Source: the human T2T-CHM13v2.0 reference genome, Homo sapiens
Length of the DNA: 64,000 nt
NCBI RefSeq assembly: GCF_009914755.1
Contig: NC_060940.1
Strand: one strand, 5' to 3'
The first letter of the stretch is position 1. Every line of letters begins with the position of its first letter. The translations under genes and the position numbers were made by a program. Below, piece after piece: positions 1 to 13,786 of the stretch. The notes beneath the pieces were generated by a model. The model searched no databases, was not told where the DNA came from, and saw only the letters and a program-made list of their open reading frames with translations.

Positions 1-127
1 GTCTGTGTCCACGCTGTCTCCTCTCCGGGATCAGGAGGTGCTGTGCGTCTGTGTCCACGCTGTCTCTTCTCCGGGATCAGGAGGTGCTGAGCGTCTGTGT
101 CCACGCTGTCTCCTCCCTGGGATCAGG
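1..127. repeat. 46-bp minisatellite, ~2.8 copies, truncated by window edge
   Basis: Unit gtctgtgtccacgctgtctcctctccgggatcaggaggtgctgtgc recurs at 1, 47 and 93. Confidence 0.9.
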
Positions 128-1882
128 GGCTTTGCCAGCTTGCTCACCTTTGGCCCCTGGGCACATGATGGACTCTTACCAAATGTTAGTTGAGTAAATG
201 TGAGTGGGTGGCACAGGAGGAGTCAGGCTAGGTGGCCATCTGTGTGGGAGATTCGAGAAAACTCTTCCTGCAAACAGCCTCCCAGAAACTAGCACCAGAA
301 TGCCTGGGCCTCACCATTGGTGACTCCTTTTTCCCTCACTCCTCACATATAGAATGCAAATACTATGAGGAAGACAAAGACATGAAATCATTAACACTTC
401 TTCAGAGTCACACACACGTCCAGCTGCCCCTCCCCAAATCACCCAGGCCGAGGCCGCCCCACCCCAGTACCCGTCAGAACCCCCTGGAGGGTGAGTTCAG
501 ACCCCCGGGGGGCCGCCTCCTGGGCTTCTGATTCAGGAGGCTGGGGCGGGCCCTGAGGCTCCACATTGCTGACAAGTTGCAGGTGGTCTGCTGCCAGTCC
601 GCTTGGAGAATTCTGCTCCCGCTCACGCCGGACTGAACTGGCTGCTGCCCAGCCTACCACGGTCTCCGTCCGTCTTCTCTGGCAGGGGCTGGCTCTCCCA
701 GGTGTCGCTGAGTGCCTGGTTGTTCCAATTCAGTTTGCTTACAGTGTCTGTGAGTAATGTCCAAGGCTCCCCTCCTGCTCCTCCACACCCACATGGCGTG
801 AGCAGCTTCCCCAGCCCTGGTGCAGCCTCCTGACTTCAGGCCCGTCTCTGCCTCCGTGTGAACTGTATCGGAGAGATGTCCTCCCAGCGTGGGCTGCTGT
901 CCTGCGGGTGAGAATCATAACGTGGTCATTCAGAACCACTCGTCTTAAAGTGTCTTCTCTAGACAAAAAATGCCTTTTCCATCGAAGGTGGGGAGGGGAG
1001 AAAAATGGCCTCCAACCCAGGGAGTGCTGTGCGGGTTGGGCAGGTGCTTGTGGGCTCTAACAAATGGATTTCCACGAGGGGCCCAGGGCAGCAGGTGCAG
1101 CTCGGCCGGGTGTAGCCTCGCTGGAGAAATGCGTCTGCAGCCGGGCTCTGTGGGGCCTCGGGACAGGCACTGGGAAACCTGAGAAACTGCAGACCCGGGC
1201 CAGCAATGGCACAGTGTCCGTGGCAGGGAAGCTCAGGCCCCCTTCACAGATGAAGACGCTGCGGCCCAGACGGGCACTCGTGGCGCTTGCAGTCAGTGTC
1301 GAAGGCCCCTTGCTTTTCTTCAGCCCCCAGGCACCTGGGCCGGTGCGACTTCCCAAACCCCACTGTCAGGGCCCCTCCCGCACCGCCCCATGTCAAACCA
1401 TTTCCTGCAGCGATGGGGCTGTGACGCCACTGCCGAAGAGGCCAGCGTGAGGAAGGCCTTTTGAACTAAAACCACTCCCCGCAGTGGCCAGTCTGCAATG
1501 GGCTGTTTTTCTAAAGACTTTTTTTTGTGGGTACGTCGTAGATGTATATATTCATGGGGTACATGAGATGTTTTGACACAAGCATGCAAGGTGTAACAAT
1601 CACATCAGAGAGAATGGGGTCTCCATCCCCTCAAGCATTTATCCTTTCTGTTACAAACAAGCCAGTGATTTTATTTTAGTTATTTTAAGATGTACAACAA
1701 ATTATTGTTGACTGTGCTCACCCTGTTGTACTATCAAATAATAGGTCTTATGCATTTCTTCTGTCTTTTTGTACCCATTAACCATCCCCCCCACTTCCCT
1801 TCCCAGCCTGTGATAACCCTCCTTCCACTCTCTATATCCATGAGTTCAATCGTTTTGATTTTTAGCTCCCACGAATAAGTGA

Positions 1883-2197
<315 letters not shown>

Positions 2198-2419
2198 AAA
2201 AACGTGTTGTTTTTCTTTCCATCCCTTGATTATTTCACTTAATGACCTCCAGTTCCATCCGCGTTGTTCCAATGACAGGATCTCGTTCTTTTTTGTGGCT
2301 GAATAGTACTACGTTGTGTACGTGTCACATTTTCTTTATCTGTTTGTCTATTGATAGGCACTTAGGTTGCTTCCAAATCTTGATACTGTGAACAGTGCTG
2401 CAGTAAACACAGGCGTGCC

Positions 2420-2498
2420 GGCCAGGCGCGTTGGCTAACGCCTGAATCCCAGCACTTCGGGAGGCTGAGGTGGGTGGATCCCTTGAGGTCAGGAGTTC
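2420..2498 (+). mobile_element. Alu 5' stub (~79 bp, no tail)
   Basis: ggccaggcgcg...gaggtcaggagttc, flanked by cagtaaacacagg(cg/ac)tgc repeats. Confidence 0.85.
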
Positions 2499-2964
2499 CA
2501 GTAAACACAGGACTGCAGACATCTCTTTGATAGATGGATTCCTTTCTTTTGGGTCTATACCAAGCAGTGGTATTGCTGGATCCTATGGTAGCTCAATTTG
2601 TAGCTTTTTGAGGAACCGCCAAACTGTTCTCCACAGCGGCTGTATTAATTTACATTCCCACCAACGGGGTACGAGGGTTCCCTTTTCCCACATCCTTGCG
2701 AGCATTTGTGATTGTCTGTCTTTTGGATAAAGGCCATTTTAACCGGGGTGAGGTGATGTCTCATGGTAGCTTTGAGTTGCATTTCTCTGACGAGCAATGA
2801 TGTTGAGCTCCTCTTCAGATGCCTGTTGGCCATTTGTGTGTCTCCTTTGAGAAACGTCTATTCAGATCTTTTGCCCATTTTTACTCAGATGATTAGATTC
2901 TTTCCTATAGAGTTGTTTGAGCTCATTATATGTTCTGGTTATGAATCCCTTGTCAGATGAGTAG

Positions 2965-3338
<374 letters not shown>

Positions 3339-4382
3339 TGCTGTGCAGAAGCTTTTTAGCTCGAGGTGGCCCCATTTGCCTGTGTTTGCCTTGGTTGCCT
3401 GTGCGTGGGGGCATTGCTTGAGAAATGTTTGCCCAGGTCAATGTCCTGGAGATTGTCCCCAGTGTTTTCTTGTAGTAGTTTCATCATTGGAGGTCTTGGA
3501 TTCCAGACTTTAATCCATTTTGGCTTGATGTTTGTATGTGGCGAGAGCTAGGGGTCTCGTTTCACTCTTCTGCAGATGTGTAGCCAGTTTTCCCAGCACC
3601 GTTTATGGAAGAGACTGTCCTTTCCCCAGGGTACGTTCTTGCCACCTTTGTTGAAATTGAGTTCACTGTAGGTGCGTGGGTAATGGGCGGCTCTTCCAGC
3701 TGGTGAGTTGCCATGGCTTCTGGCGCTTTGACACCTGGTGACAGGAGAGCCTGCTGAGCAGGGATCCAGCCCTGTGGACGCAGGACGTGAGGACCTGTGG
3801 CTGAAGCCCGGCTCGGGGAGGAACAGTTTACCTCCAGCCCTGGGGAAGGCCATGCTTTTTGGGTCTCAGTTACCTCCGCAGACTGTGGTGAAGGCACAAA
3901 GGCTCTCGCAGCTGAAGGGCCTATCGTAGGTCAGGTCTGGCCTGTCTTAAACGGGTAACAAGTGGCCCCTCTGGGACAGGCGGTGCAGGGCCCCAGCTGT
4001 GAGGCGTGCTTAATTTCACCGACACGGCTGGTTTGACACCCCCCGGTGCAGGCTGCAGGGAGATCAGATACACATGCAGCCTCTTGCTTTGGAAAGCTCA
4101 CCGTGTGGTCTAGTGCGTGGAGAAGCTCCCAGGTGTGAGGAAAGTTCTTGCCGCACTGAGAGTGCTGTGGGACTGGACACCTGGCTCCTGCCAGGGCCGC
4201 ACTGGGCAGGGCTGTGGGCCGTGCGATGGGAGGTCCTGTGGTCCCATGATGTCCGGCGAGCACCATGGGTGGCTAAGGAAGGGTCTCCCCCACCCCACAG
4301 CCAGTCCTGTCCCCCACCCCCAGCTTCATGGCCTTTGCAAGTCCCTCCACCTCTCTGTGCCCAAGTTTGCCCACCTGTGAAT

Positions 4383-4813
4383 GGGGAGAACGGTAAGGGC
4401 CACACTCCCTGACTGCGGGGGTCTCGGGGGAGAATGACAGGGACCACACTCACTCACTGCGGGGGTCTCCGGGGAGAATGACAGGGACCACACTCACTCA
4501 CTGCGGGGGTCTCCGGGGAGAATGACAGGGACCACACTCACTCACTGCGGGGGTCTCCGGGGAGAATGACAGGGACCACATTCACTCACTGCGGGGGTCT
4601 TCGGGGGGAATGACAGGGACCACACTCACTGACTGCGGGGGTCTCAGGGGAGAATGACAGGGACCACACTCACTCACTGTGGGGGTCTCTGGGGTGGGGA
4701 ATGACAGGGACCACACTCACTGCGGGGGTCTCCGGGGAGAATGACAGGGACCACACTCACTGACTGCGGGGGTCTCCGGGTTGGGGAATGACAGGGACCA
4801 CACTCACTGCGGA
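4383..4813. repeat. ~44-bp G-rich minisatellite, ~9-10 copies
   Basis: Unit ggggagaatgacagggaccacactcactcactgcgggggtctcc. Confidence 0.95.
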
Positions 4814-5904
4814 GTCTGAGGTGAGATTGGATCAGGGAACGCGCGGTGCCCAGCTGACTTCCCAGGCCATGAGCTGGGGTAGACGGAGCCGTGGTTCTGG
4901 TACTGCATTCTCCTCCGTGCCTCCAGCTTCTGCAAGTGTTGCCCTGGGCGTCTGGGACCCTGTCTGAGCCTCTCTGCAGCCTGGTGAAGGCGGGCCTGGC
5001 CCCCAGATGCAGCTGTGTGTGCGGTGAGTCGGCTTGCTGGGCCCACAGAGGGGCAGGGAGCTCAGAGGGGCTGTTGGGGAAGAGGTGCCTCCCCTTCTCC
5101 ACCTACAAGCCCAGCAAACCTGGTTCCTTGTGGCTGCCACACTGAGAATTCTTGGACACCATTGCTTTGGGAGGAAGTGGGCACTGGAAACAGGCCAGGG
5201 CGAAAATGTCTTCTCAGTCTGTAAAAAATTTCAGCCGCCTTTCTCTTGCTGTGGCCTCTCATGGAGACGATGCTTCTGGGGCCGGGGAAGCAGAACCCAG
5301 AGGTGACTTAAAAAACAACCACCAACCCTCCAGGTCGCAGGGCAGTGAACGGTGGCTCCGCAGGGAAACGCAGGTGGTTCTGCCCCTGCCCAGCCTGTCT
5401 TAACCATGTTGCCTGGTCTGTGCCGGGCTCTGCGCATTCAGGGTGTGATTCCATTTAATTAAACTTAAACTAAACCTTAGTGCACAAAGGGGAAACGTGG
5501 CAGGAAGCACACCAAAAACAGCCACTGTGTTTATTTTCAAGGGGCTGGATTATTTTATGCATTGCTGCCATTTCTGATCTGCAATAGATATATATTATTT
5601 TCATAATCAGAAAAACACATTATAAAAAGCTTTAGGAAGACAAGTACATGTGTGACGCTCATATGTCCCGGCTGATCAGCCAAGGTTGCTCCTCTGGAGA
5701 AGCTCGGGGGTCACCGCCGTGCACCCCTCCAGCTCATGTCAGCCTTGCACAGTGCACATGACCCGGTCCCCTCCCGCTTTCCCTCCTGAGTTGACCCTGG
5801 TTTATCTGGGATGGCCATGGGCTCCGCTAAAAATATGCACCGTCCAGGACGGTGGTGTGGAAAGAGAAAGGTGCCAGGGCCCTGTGTGTTCCTGGACTTC
5901 CTAA

Positions 5905-6320
5905 CTCTAGTTCTGGAGACCAGAAGGGAAATCAAGAGGCCCGCCGAGCCGTACTCCCTCCAGAGGCTCTGGGCCCTTCCAGCCGTACTCCCTCTGGAGG
6001 CTCTGGGCCCTTCCATCTGTACTTCCTCTGGGGGCTCTGGGTCCTTCCAGCCGTACTCCTTCTGGGGGCTCTGGGTCCTTCCAGCCATACTCCCTCCGGA
6101 GGCTCTGGGTCCTTCTAGCCGTATTCCTTCCAGAGGCTCTGGGCCCTTCCAGCCTCTCCCAGCTCCTGGGCACTCCAGGTATTCCTGGGCTTGTGGCCAC
6201 ATTGCTCTCATCTCTGCCTTTATCCTCATGTGGTCTCTTCGTCTTTGGGGGCAAACCCTGCCCCGCCCATCTCCCTCGTGTAAGGATACCTGGTCATCCA
6301 GGGTGGCCTCCCCATCTCAG
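5905..6320 (-). mobile_element. MLT1 (MaLR) solo LTR fragment
   Basis: agttctggagaccagaag...attcctgggcttgtggccacattgctctcatctctgcct is typical of MLT1 in reverse. Confidence 0.7.
5949..6152. repeat. 34-bp minisatellite, 6 copies, inside MLT1
   Basis: Unit ccgtactccctccagaggctctgggcccttccag. Confidence 0.95.
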
Positions 6321-6399
6321 GTGAAAAGTGTGCGCTCTGGGAAAGGCTCTTTGATGAGGATGGAAAGAGAAACTGCAGAGCGGGGAAAGTATTCACTAA

Positions 6400-7650
6400 C
6401 ACACATGCCCGACTAGAGCCCTGGGGTCCAGACTGTATAGAGAACTCTCAAAACTCAACCGTGAAAAAACAAGCCGATGTGAGAATGGGCAAGATGTGGG
6501 GGGTGCTCTTCCCTGAAGAGGATGCAGACGGCCAATCAGGGCATGGCAGGTGCTCCTTGCCAGCAGCTGTCGGGAAACGCACTGAGACCACAGGCAGGGA
6601 TTGCCACACCCCCATGAGGACGGCCAGCACAGAACCGGTGATGTTGCGGTGTAGACACAGGGCCTGGACCTCCAGAACCAGCGATGCCGCAATGCCGCAG
6701 TGTAGACACAGGACCTGGACCTCCATTGCTGGCAGGAATGCAAATGGCATGGCCACTGTAAACACCAGCTTGACAGTTTCACCCAAAAGTAAACACCCGA
6801 CTAATGTACAACCCCACAATGACACTCTTGGGACGTTTATTCCAAAGAAATGAAGACGTATCTTCATGCCAAAAACCGTGCAGCTGCATTTGTAACAGGC
6901 AGAACGTGGAGACAACCCAAGCGTCCTTCAGTGGACACACGAATGGCCGCACCACGGAACGCTACTCAGCCGTGAAAACAAACAGACCAGCTGCACACAG
7001 CAACTTGGACCATCTCCAGAGAATTCTGCCGAGTGGGAAAAGCCGACCTCAAAAAGCCTGTACATGCCATGACGCTGTTTATGGAACTGGCGTCATCAAA
7101 CCAGAGACTGAGAACAGGTTGGTGGTTTGCCAGGGCTGGGGACTGTGGGTCGGGGGAGTAGGGGCCGCAGGGGGGCAGCTGGAGGCAGCCTGTGATGAGG
7201 GGAATGGTTAGTGCTTTGGTGGTGGTGGCAGTTACACGAATCTACACGTGTGATAAAATGTCCTTGCCTGAAGTGCATGTGTGCACACACACACACACAC
7301 ACACACACCAGGGCATGCAGAGCTACGAGAATCTGAACCGGCCCTGTGGGTCATGCCAGGCTGATGGCTTGGCGTGCTGCTGTGTTGGCACGCCTGATGC
7401 TCTGAAGGGTGTGGCTGGGTGGGAGTGAGAGTCAGGGATGCGTGAGGGCCAGGGATATGTGAGAGCTGGGGACGTGTGAGAACTGGGGGCATGTGAGGGC
7501 CGGGGATGTGTGAGGGCCGGGGACGTGTGAGAGCTGGGGGCATGTGAGGGCTGGGGATGCGTGAGAGCCAGGACAGATGCGTGTGGCTCTCTCTGCCTTT
7601 CTCTGCAATTTCCTGTGCATCTATAATTGTTTCAAAAATAAAAGTTTTTT
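6400..7650 (+). mobile_element. Old L1M (MC/MD-like) 3' region, GC-shifted
   Basis: Recognisable L1 3' phrases (gacaacccaagcgtccttcagtgg, ctactcagccgtgaaaacaaa, ctctctgcc...tctgcaatttcctgtgcatctataattgtttcaaaataaaag). Confidence 0.75.
7425..7572. repeat. ~18-21-bp G-rich degenerate tandem repeat
   Basis: Recurring ggggatgtgtgagggcc and ggggcatgtgagggc. Confidence 0.8.
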
Positions 7651-7815
7651 TACAAAAAGAAAAAAATGAAGAAAAAATCACTGCAAATTCCTGTTTTGTC
7701 CCTTTGATCTTTTTTTACTTGGAGAGACAATTCAGGTCTCTGAATACTCAGCCACTGACTGCCTAGAAGACCCTGGGGAGGGCTGGGCCTCTGAGACTCA
7801 GGCCAGTTTATACCT

Positions 7816-7964
7816 GTGGAAGTGTCACGTGCCTTCACGGACCGTGGAGGTGCCACGTGCCTTCGGGGACCGTGGAGGTGCCACGTGTCTTCATGGACCG
7901 TGGGAAAGTGCCACGTGTCTTCACAGACCGTGGAGGTGCCACGTGTCTTCGGGGACCGTGGAAG
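7816..7964. repeat. 28-bp minisatellite, 5 copies, each with CACGTG
   Basis: Unit gtggaggtgccacgtg(c/t)cttc(a/g)nnGACC. Confidence 0.95.
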
Positions 7965-8205
7965 AGGGGCTTTTCCTGGGGAAGGGCTTGATGCTGCCGC
8001 ACTGTTGCTGGGACCCAGTTTCTTGGAGCCCCGGTCGTGTGCAAGTGACCTGGGAGGTGGACCTGTCGGAGTGACTGTGAGGGAAGCTGTGTGAAGGTGG
8101 GAGGCCGCCGTGTCGTCAGAGGCAGCTATGGCAAAGGGAGGCTCCACACACTGCGCCCGTCAGCAGAGCAGGAGGAGGAGCACGAGGGGAGGCGCCATAC
8201 TGTGA

Positions 8206-8507
8206 TTTTATTTCTTTGTTTTTTTGAGACGGAGTCTCGCTCTGTCGCCCAGGCTGGAGTGCAGTGGCACGATCTCATCTCACCGCAACCTCCGCCTCCT
8301 GGATTCACACCATTCCCCTGACTCAGCCTCCCCAGTAGCTGGGACTACAGGCTCCCGCCACCACACCTGGCTAATTTTTGTATTTTTAGTAGAGACGGGG
8401 TTTTGCCATGTTGGCCAGGCTGCTCTCAAACTCCTGACCTCAGGTGATCTGCCCGTCTCAGCCTCCCAAAGTGCTGGGATTACAGGCGTGAACCACTGCA
8501 CCCGGCT
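8206..8507 (-). mobile_element. AluS
   Basis: Full reverse Alu dimer. Confidence 0.95.
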
Positions 8508-11284
8508 CCTATCTTTTCATTGAAATCTTGCCTCGCAGCTTTTAAAGACTGTACATTTCTTCTAAGTTCTTTTTAGAATTCTTCGCAGTGTTCTGGTGGA
8601 GCCTTTTGAGTTTTTTCACGGGCTCTCCATAGCCCCACCCTGAGGACGGGAGCCCTTTGGATGGGGCCGGTGTCAGCAAAGGAGGCACAAGAGTCTCAGC
8701 TGCTCGACCTGGTCCTGCCCGCCGTGGGCCCAGAGAACCGTGGGAGCAATGTCTACCATTTGGGCTGACTCTCTGCTTTCTGTGTCAGCTCACCTGTCAC
8801 CTCCGCCTCTGCAGAAGGAGGGTGATGGCGCGCAGGGGTCAGGCACACCCCGGGTGCTCCTGGAGTCTCATCTTCCTGTTTTCTTCCCTTCAGAGTGCGC
8901 TGATCCAGGCTCAGATTCCCGACTCTACGGCTTCCTTAGCAGAGGGGCCCTGTTGTCAAAGGACTGCTTTTAAAAGAAGATACAATTCTGACTCACAAAT
9001 ACAGAATACATACATGTCAAAGACTTTATTTAACTCATTAACTAATGCAGGCACCAGTAAGATGTTTCCGGCATTTGGGAGAGAATTCAGAGAACCACAC
9101 GGATAAGCAATAGAGAATGCTGAGATGAGTTTACAAATAGATGCCGAGCTGCTTTATCCCCAGGTGGTCATCGGCTGCATTCCACGGAGATGCAGTTCAC
9201 TTGTGTTTCCACTGCTCTCACTTTTCTAGGATTTACAAAGTTGTAAAATAGCCCCAAGACAATGAGAGGCAGGGCGCTAGGCAGGAACTGAGTCACTGTT
9301 TGTTTTTGCTCGTTTCAAAGTCTTTTGCAATTTTCCCTGACAACTCGTAACTCTTGGGCTTGTTTTGCCATCTGTGGAATGAAAATAACGTTTGTCCAGT
9401 CCTTGAGGAGTTGTGAGCTTGAAAAGAAAGATAGTAAGTGAAGAAATGTCTTCTACAAGCTTCTTTGTATCAGCCGAGGCGGTCTCACGGTTAGCTCTGG
9501 GCACCCTGGGAAGCGGGTCTGAAATTCACTATTTCATGATCTCCTACAGGTTTATCTCCCTCCCTCGCTTCATCCCCGCACTCTTCCTTAAAGCCACATC
9601 CCTCAGTGCAGAAGCCTGGCCGTCCGCAGCCTGTGGTGCACGTGCGGGGCCCATCTGTGCCGGGTGTTTGTCATTATTAAGTGACCCTGATGAGAATAAC
9701 CTTGCACGGCTGGGAGCAACTCAGCATTCTTCTTGGTCACCAATTTTCCTTCCAAGCCAATTGCTCAAAGCAACCAAATACCAAAGTTTTCGTCAGAATG
9801 CCTCGCTCCACATGCACTGATGAACAACACCTGCTCCTGGGTCACGGGGCCGGCAGCCTGGATGTGTTTTACGCAGAGGATGGGGTGGAGACACAGGTGC
9901 CGGAAGCTTTTCCCTACCGGGTCCAGCCGTTTGGGTGGATGCTGGCCGGCCCAGCTCTGGATGTGTGGGACTGGGCTGTTCCCAGGTGGCTGCCTCTCCT
10001 GGTTCTCCGCTGGGAAGTCAACGGCAGACTGATAAGGTTTTGCCCAGCTCCCTGAAGCCTGGTCTTGGTTAACTGGGAGCGTGTCGTAGGGAGTGGGGTT
10101 AGGGAAGAGATGGGGACATCTGGTTTTTGTCCTGCCCACTGCTTGGGACAGGATGGTTCAGTCAGACCACATTTGCAAAGCGAGAGCCGTCTGTGGAGTC
10201 CTGGCCCGTGGGGTCCTGGTGTTGGGTCTCTCTGCCGCCGCCGTGCGTGCTGTGAGGGGAGCACTGTCTTCTGAGAATGGGATGGGGAACCACACACAAC
10301 CAAGGGGCCCCCAAGTCCGCCTGGGAGGGTGGAGGCTGCACCGGGTAGAGTGTGCTGAGGCCAGGGTGGGTGGACGTGTCCCGTGGAGGGGGAGGCATCG
10401 CCCCTGAGCCATTCTCCAGCTTCCCGGCTTCCAGGGAGCGCAGAACTGCCCCGTGGTTGCCGAGGAGGAGAGCAATCTTCAGGGGCAGCCCTGGGCCCAG
10501 GGGAGCCACTGCCTGCCTCAGCAGAGCCTCGTGACACTTGCTTTCTCTGGGGTCCTTGCAGGAGGCCCAGGCCCCTGCCTTCTGCTGCATGTGTGTGTTA
10601 CAGAAATGGCAGATGATAAACTAATTCCTCCATCGGAGCTTGGTGCTCATTTCCCGGAGTGATGTCATCGGGCCGGCGGGACGCATTAGCCAGAGGGCTG
10701 GGAAACAGCGGAGATGGCGCGCCCCACCTCGGAGAACACAGGCAGCTGGAGGACGTGGGCGGTGTTACTGTGACGGTCACCTGGACTGGGCAGTTGCAGG
10801 CGGCCGGATGCTGGACCCGCAGCGTGAGCTCCACGGCCGCAGCAGGGAGGCGAGAGCCCTCAACCAGGGACGGAGCCGCCCTGTTCACGGAGCATGCAGA
10901 CCCACCAGAACGCCTGGGTCACCGCGGCTCCCGGGCGGGCCTCACTGCACCGGGACACGTCAGGACACGTGGCAGCTCCCAGCACGGTGGAAGGCCTGAG
11001 CCCCGGGAACACTGGCTGGAAAATGGAACTCGGAGGACAGAGCTTGTCGACGGCGTCTCGTATGAATCTCGGAGGAGACGCCCGTGTCGAGGGCAGTTAG
11101 AATCCAGGCGTGAGCCCCGGCTGGCTGCGTCCACTGGAGCCGCCTGACCTCACCCGAGGGTGGGAGGCCGTGTGGTTTCTTGGTCCTCAGCCATGCGGCG
11201 TTTCTTGGCCGCAGGCGTTGGGTGAGGTTCTAGAAAGGCCTCACCATAGGTGTGGGGTGTTTTGCACCCTCTCCTTCACTGGGA

Positions 11285-11522
11285 TGGCACGAGGCACCCG
11301 CTGTGTACTGTGCACAGTGGGGTGGGGTGCTGGTGGGTGCTGCATGAGGCACCTGCTGTGTACCATGCACGGTGGGATGGGGGGTCGGGAGGGGGGCGCT
11401 GCATGAGGCACCCGCTATGTACCATGCATTGTGGGGTGGGGGTTGGGGGGGGTGTTGCACTTGGCACCCACTGTGTACCATGCATGGTGAAGGGGGGGAG
11501 GTTGGGGGGTGGGGGCGCTGTA
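11285..11522. repeat. ~58-bp degenerate G-tract minisatellite, ~4 copies
   Basis: gcatgaggcacc(c/t)gct(a/g)tgtaccatgca followed by G-runs, repeated. Confidence 0.8.
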
Positions 11523-12247
11523 CTTGGTGCTCTCCTTACACTGACTTTGGTCCTTGTCCAAACCCTCCGAGGAGTTCACCCTATTATTAAAACTCGAAAC
11601 AAAAACCAACCAAACATAAAAACATAGAGTTAAAGAGAGAAACTAAGCCGCTGTCGCCAGCGCTGTGTCATGAGCCGAACATTTCAGTATCGATTCTGGC
11701 CATCGGAGGGGCTGGCTCAGTGAACTTCCAGAATGAAACGTTCGCAAAGAAACAAAATTGACCTTGAAGAGAGCTCAGCCTTGGCCAGATGGGCCCTTGA
11801 AGTCTGGCTGTCACGTCACAACCCCGGCTCACAGGCTGAAATCCGGCCCTGGGCCACTGTGAGAGTTGAGTAGGCAAAATTCCATGCATATTTAAGCTTA
11901 TCTATAATTTATTCCAATGACCTAAGGAATCATATATCATTTTGTCTGTTGTTCAGTGACTTTTAAGCCCTGCCTTCCTAATCCTAAATTGGCCAGGAGG
12001 TTGCAGGCCGCACTGCAGAGTTCTGATATAACTGTGCAAATACTCGCCCACTAGGTCCTGGGTTTGCTGAAGTTTACTGTTTATGATTAGGAATTTATTT
12101 GTCAAAATACGCTTCTTTTTTACTCACTGGCCACTAGAACAGAGGCTCGTGGTAACGCGTACAGAGATGGTGCGTCCCTGTCCTCTCATCAAAGTGATTC
12201 CTCTTCCTTTTGCCAAACTTCCACAGAAGCCAAATAAACAGTGTAGA

Positions 12248-12860
12248 CACTCCGTCACTCGCTACGGCCACGGCGGCCACTCGGATCACACTCTGTCACT
12301 CACTACGGCCACGGCGGCCACTCTGATCGCACCCTGTCACTTGCTGCGGCCTCGGCAGCCCCTCGGATCACACTCTGTCACTCACTGTGGCCACAGTGGC
12401 CACTCAGATCACACCCCGTCACTCGGTATGGCCACGGCAACCACTCGGATTGCATCCCGTCACTCAATAGGGCCACGGCAGCCACTGTGATCGCAACCTG
12501 TCACTCGCTACAGCCACGGCAGCCACTCTGATCACACCCCATCACTTGCTACGGCCACGATGGCCCCTTGGATCACACTCTGTCACTTGGTGTGGCCACG
12601 GCAGCCACTCGGATCACACTCCATCACCCACTATGGCCACAGCAGTCACTCAGATCACATCCCGTCACTCACTACAGCCATGGCGGCCACTCGGATCACA
12701 CTCCGTCACTCGCTACGGCCACGGCAGCCACTCTGATCGCATTCCCGTCACTCGCTATGGCCACGGCGGCCACTCAGATCACACTCTGTCACTTGCTATG
12801 GCCACGGCAGCCACTCAGATGGCACTCTGTCACTCACTACGGCCACGGCAGCCACTTGGA
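12248..12860. repeat. 41-bp CpG-rich minisatellite, ~15 copies
   Basis: Unit cactccgtcactcgctacggccacggc(g/a)gccactcggatca. Confidence 0.95.
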
Positions 12861-12997
12861 TAGTTGGTCAATAAAATAAGAAGGTCAAGCATTTACCCTG
12901 TGTGAGCCGGCAACCTCCAAAAGGCAAACACAGTCAGTTTGGTCAGGAGCTGGAGGATTTGTACACATATTTGTATGCTTTAGTCTGCCACAGTTTT

Positions 12998-13122
12998 ATG
13001 TGTGTGTACATAAATATACTTTAGGTATATATTCTTAGCTCTGTGTGTATATATATGTGTATATATATGTATATATATGCTTAACTCTGTGTATATATGT
13101 GTGTGTGTGTATAAATATATAT
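12998..13122. repeat. (TA)n/(TG)n simple repeat
   Basis: Direct inspection. Confidence 0.85.
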
Positions 13123-13259
13123 TTTAGAGATGGCGTCTCACTCTGTCCCCCAGGCTGGAGTGGAGTGGTGCAATCATAGCTTACTACAGCCTTGTCCTCC
13201 TGGGTTCAAGTGATCCTCCAGAATAGCTGGGACTACAGGTGCCCGCCATTGGGTCCAGC
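13123..13259 (-). mobile_element. AluJ right-arm fragment
   Basis: caggctggagtggagtggtgcaatcatagcttactacagcc. Confidence 0.85.
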
Positions 13260-13672
13260 TGCAATTGTTATATTTTTGATACTCAGATTGCCTCTTTGTT
13301 GGCTATCACTTTTATTTATTTATTTTTGCTAAATGATTTTAGTGGTTTGAATGGCATATGCTGGCGAGTATGGACACATTTTTGCACTCACATAGCCAGC
13401 ACCATCCCGAGACTACCCATCACCTGGAAAGGCCCTGCTCCACCCCTTGTATGCCCCAACCCGTCTGCTTTCCCTTGCTTGGATGAGACGGTTTTCCAGG
13501 GTTTCGTGTCCATGGAGTCGGGCAGCATGCACTGGCTGTGTGTCTGTTCTTTCACCCAGCGGAGCATCGAGGTTTATCCATGCAGTGTTGCCTCTCAGAA
13601 GGTCATTCCTTTTATTGTTGAGCAGTGCTTCATTTTTGGATATACTGCGGTTTGTTTGCATGTGCACCTGTC

Positions 13673-13786
13673 GATGAAGATTTGGGCTGTTTTCAATTTT
13701 GGGCTGTTGTTAGGAATAAACTGCCGTGGATGAAGATTTGGGCTGTTTTTAATTTTGGGCTGTTGTTAGGAATAAACTGCCGTGGA
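13673..13786. repeat. 56-bp tandem duplication within L1
   Basis: gatgaagatttgggctgtttt(c/t)aattttgggctgttgttaggaataaactgccgtg, two copies. Confidence 0.9.

Noticed and set aside
8970-9300. AT-richer block possibly from an ERV/MER element (also 11880-12245 and 61195-61420)
   Set aside because: Could not assign a family from the sequence alone; needs a Dfam search.
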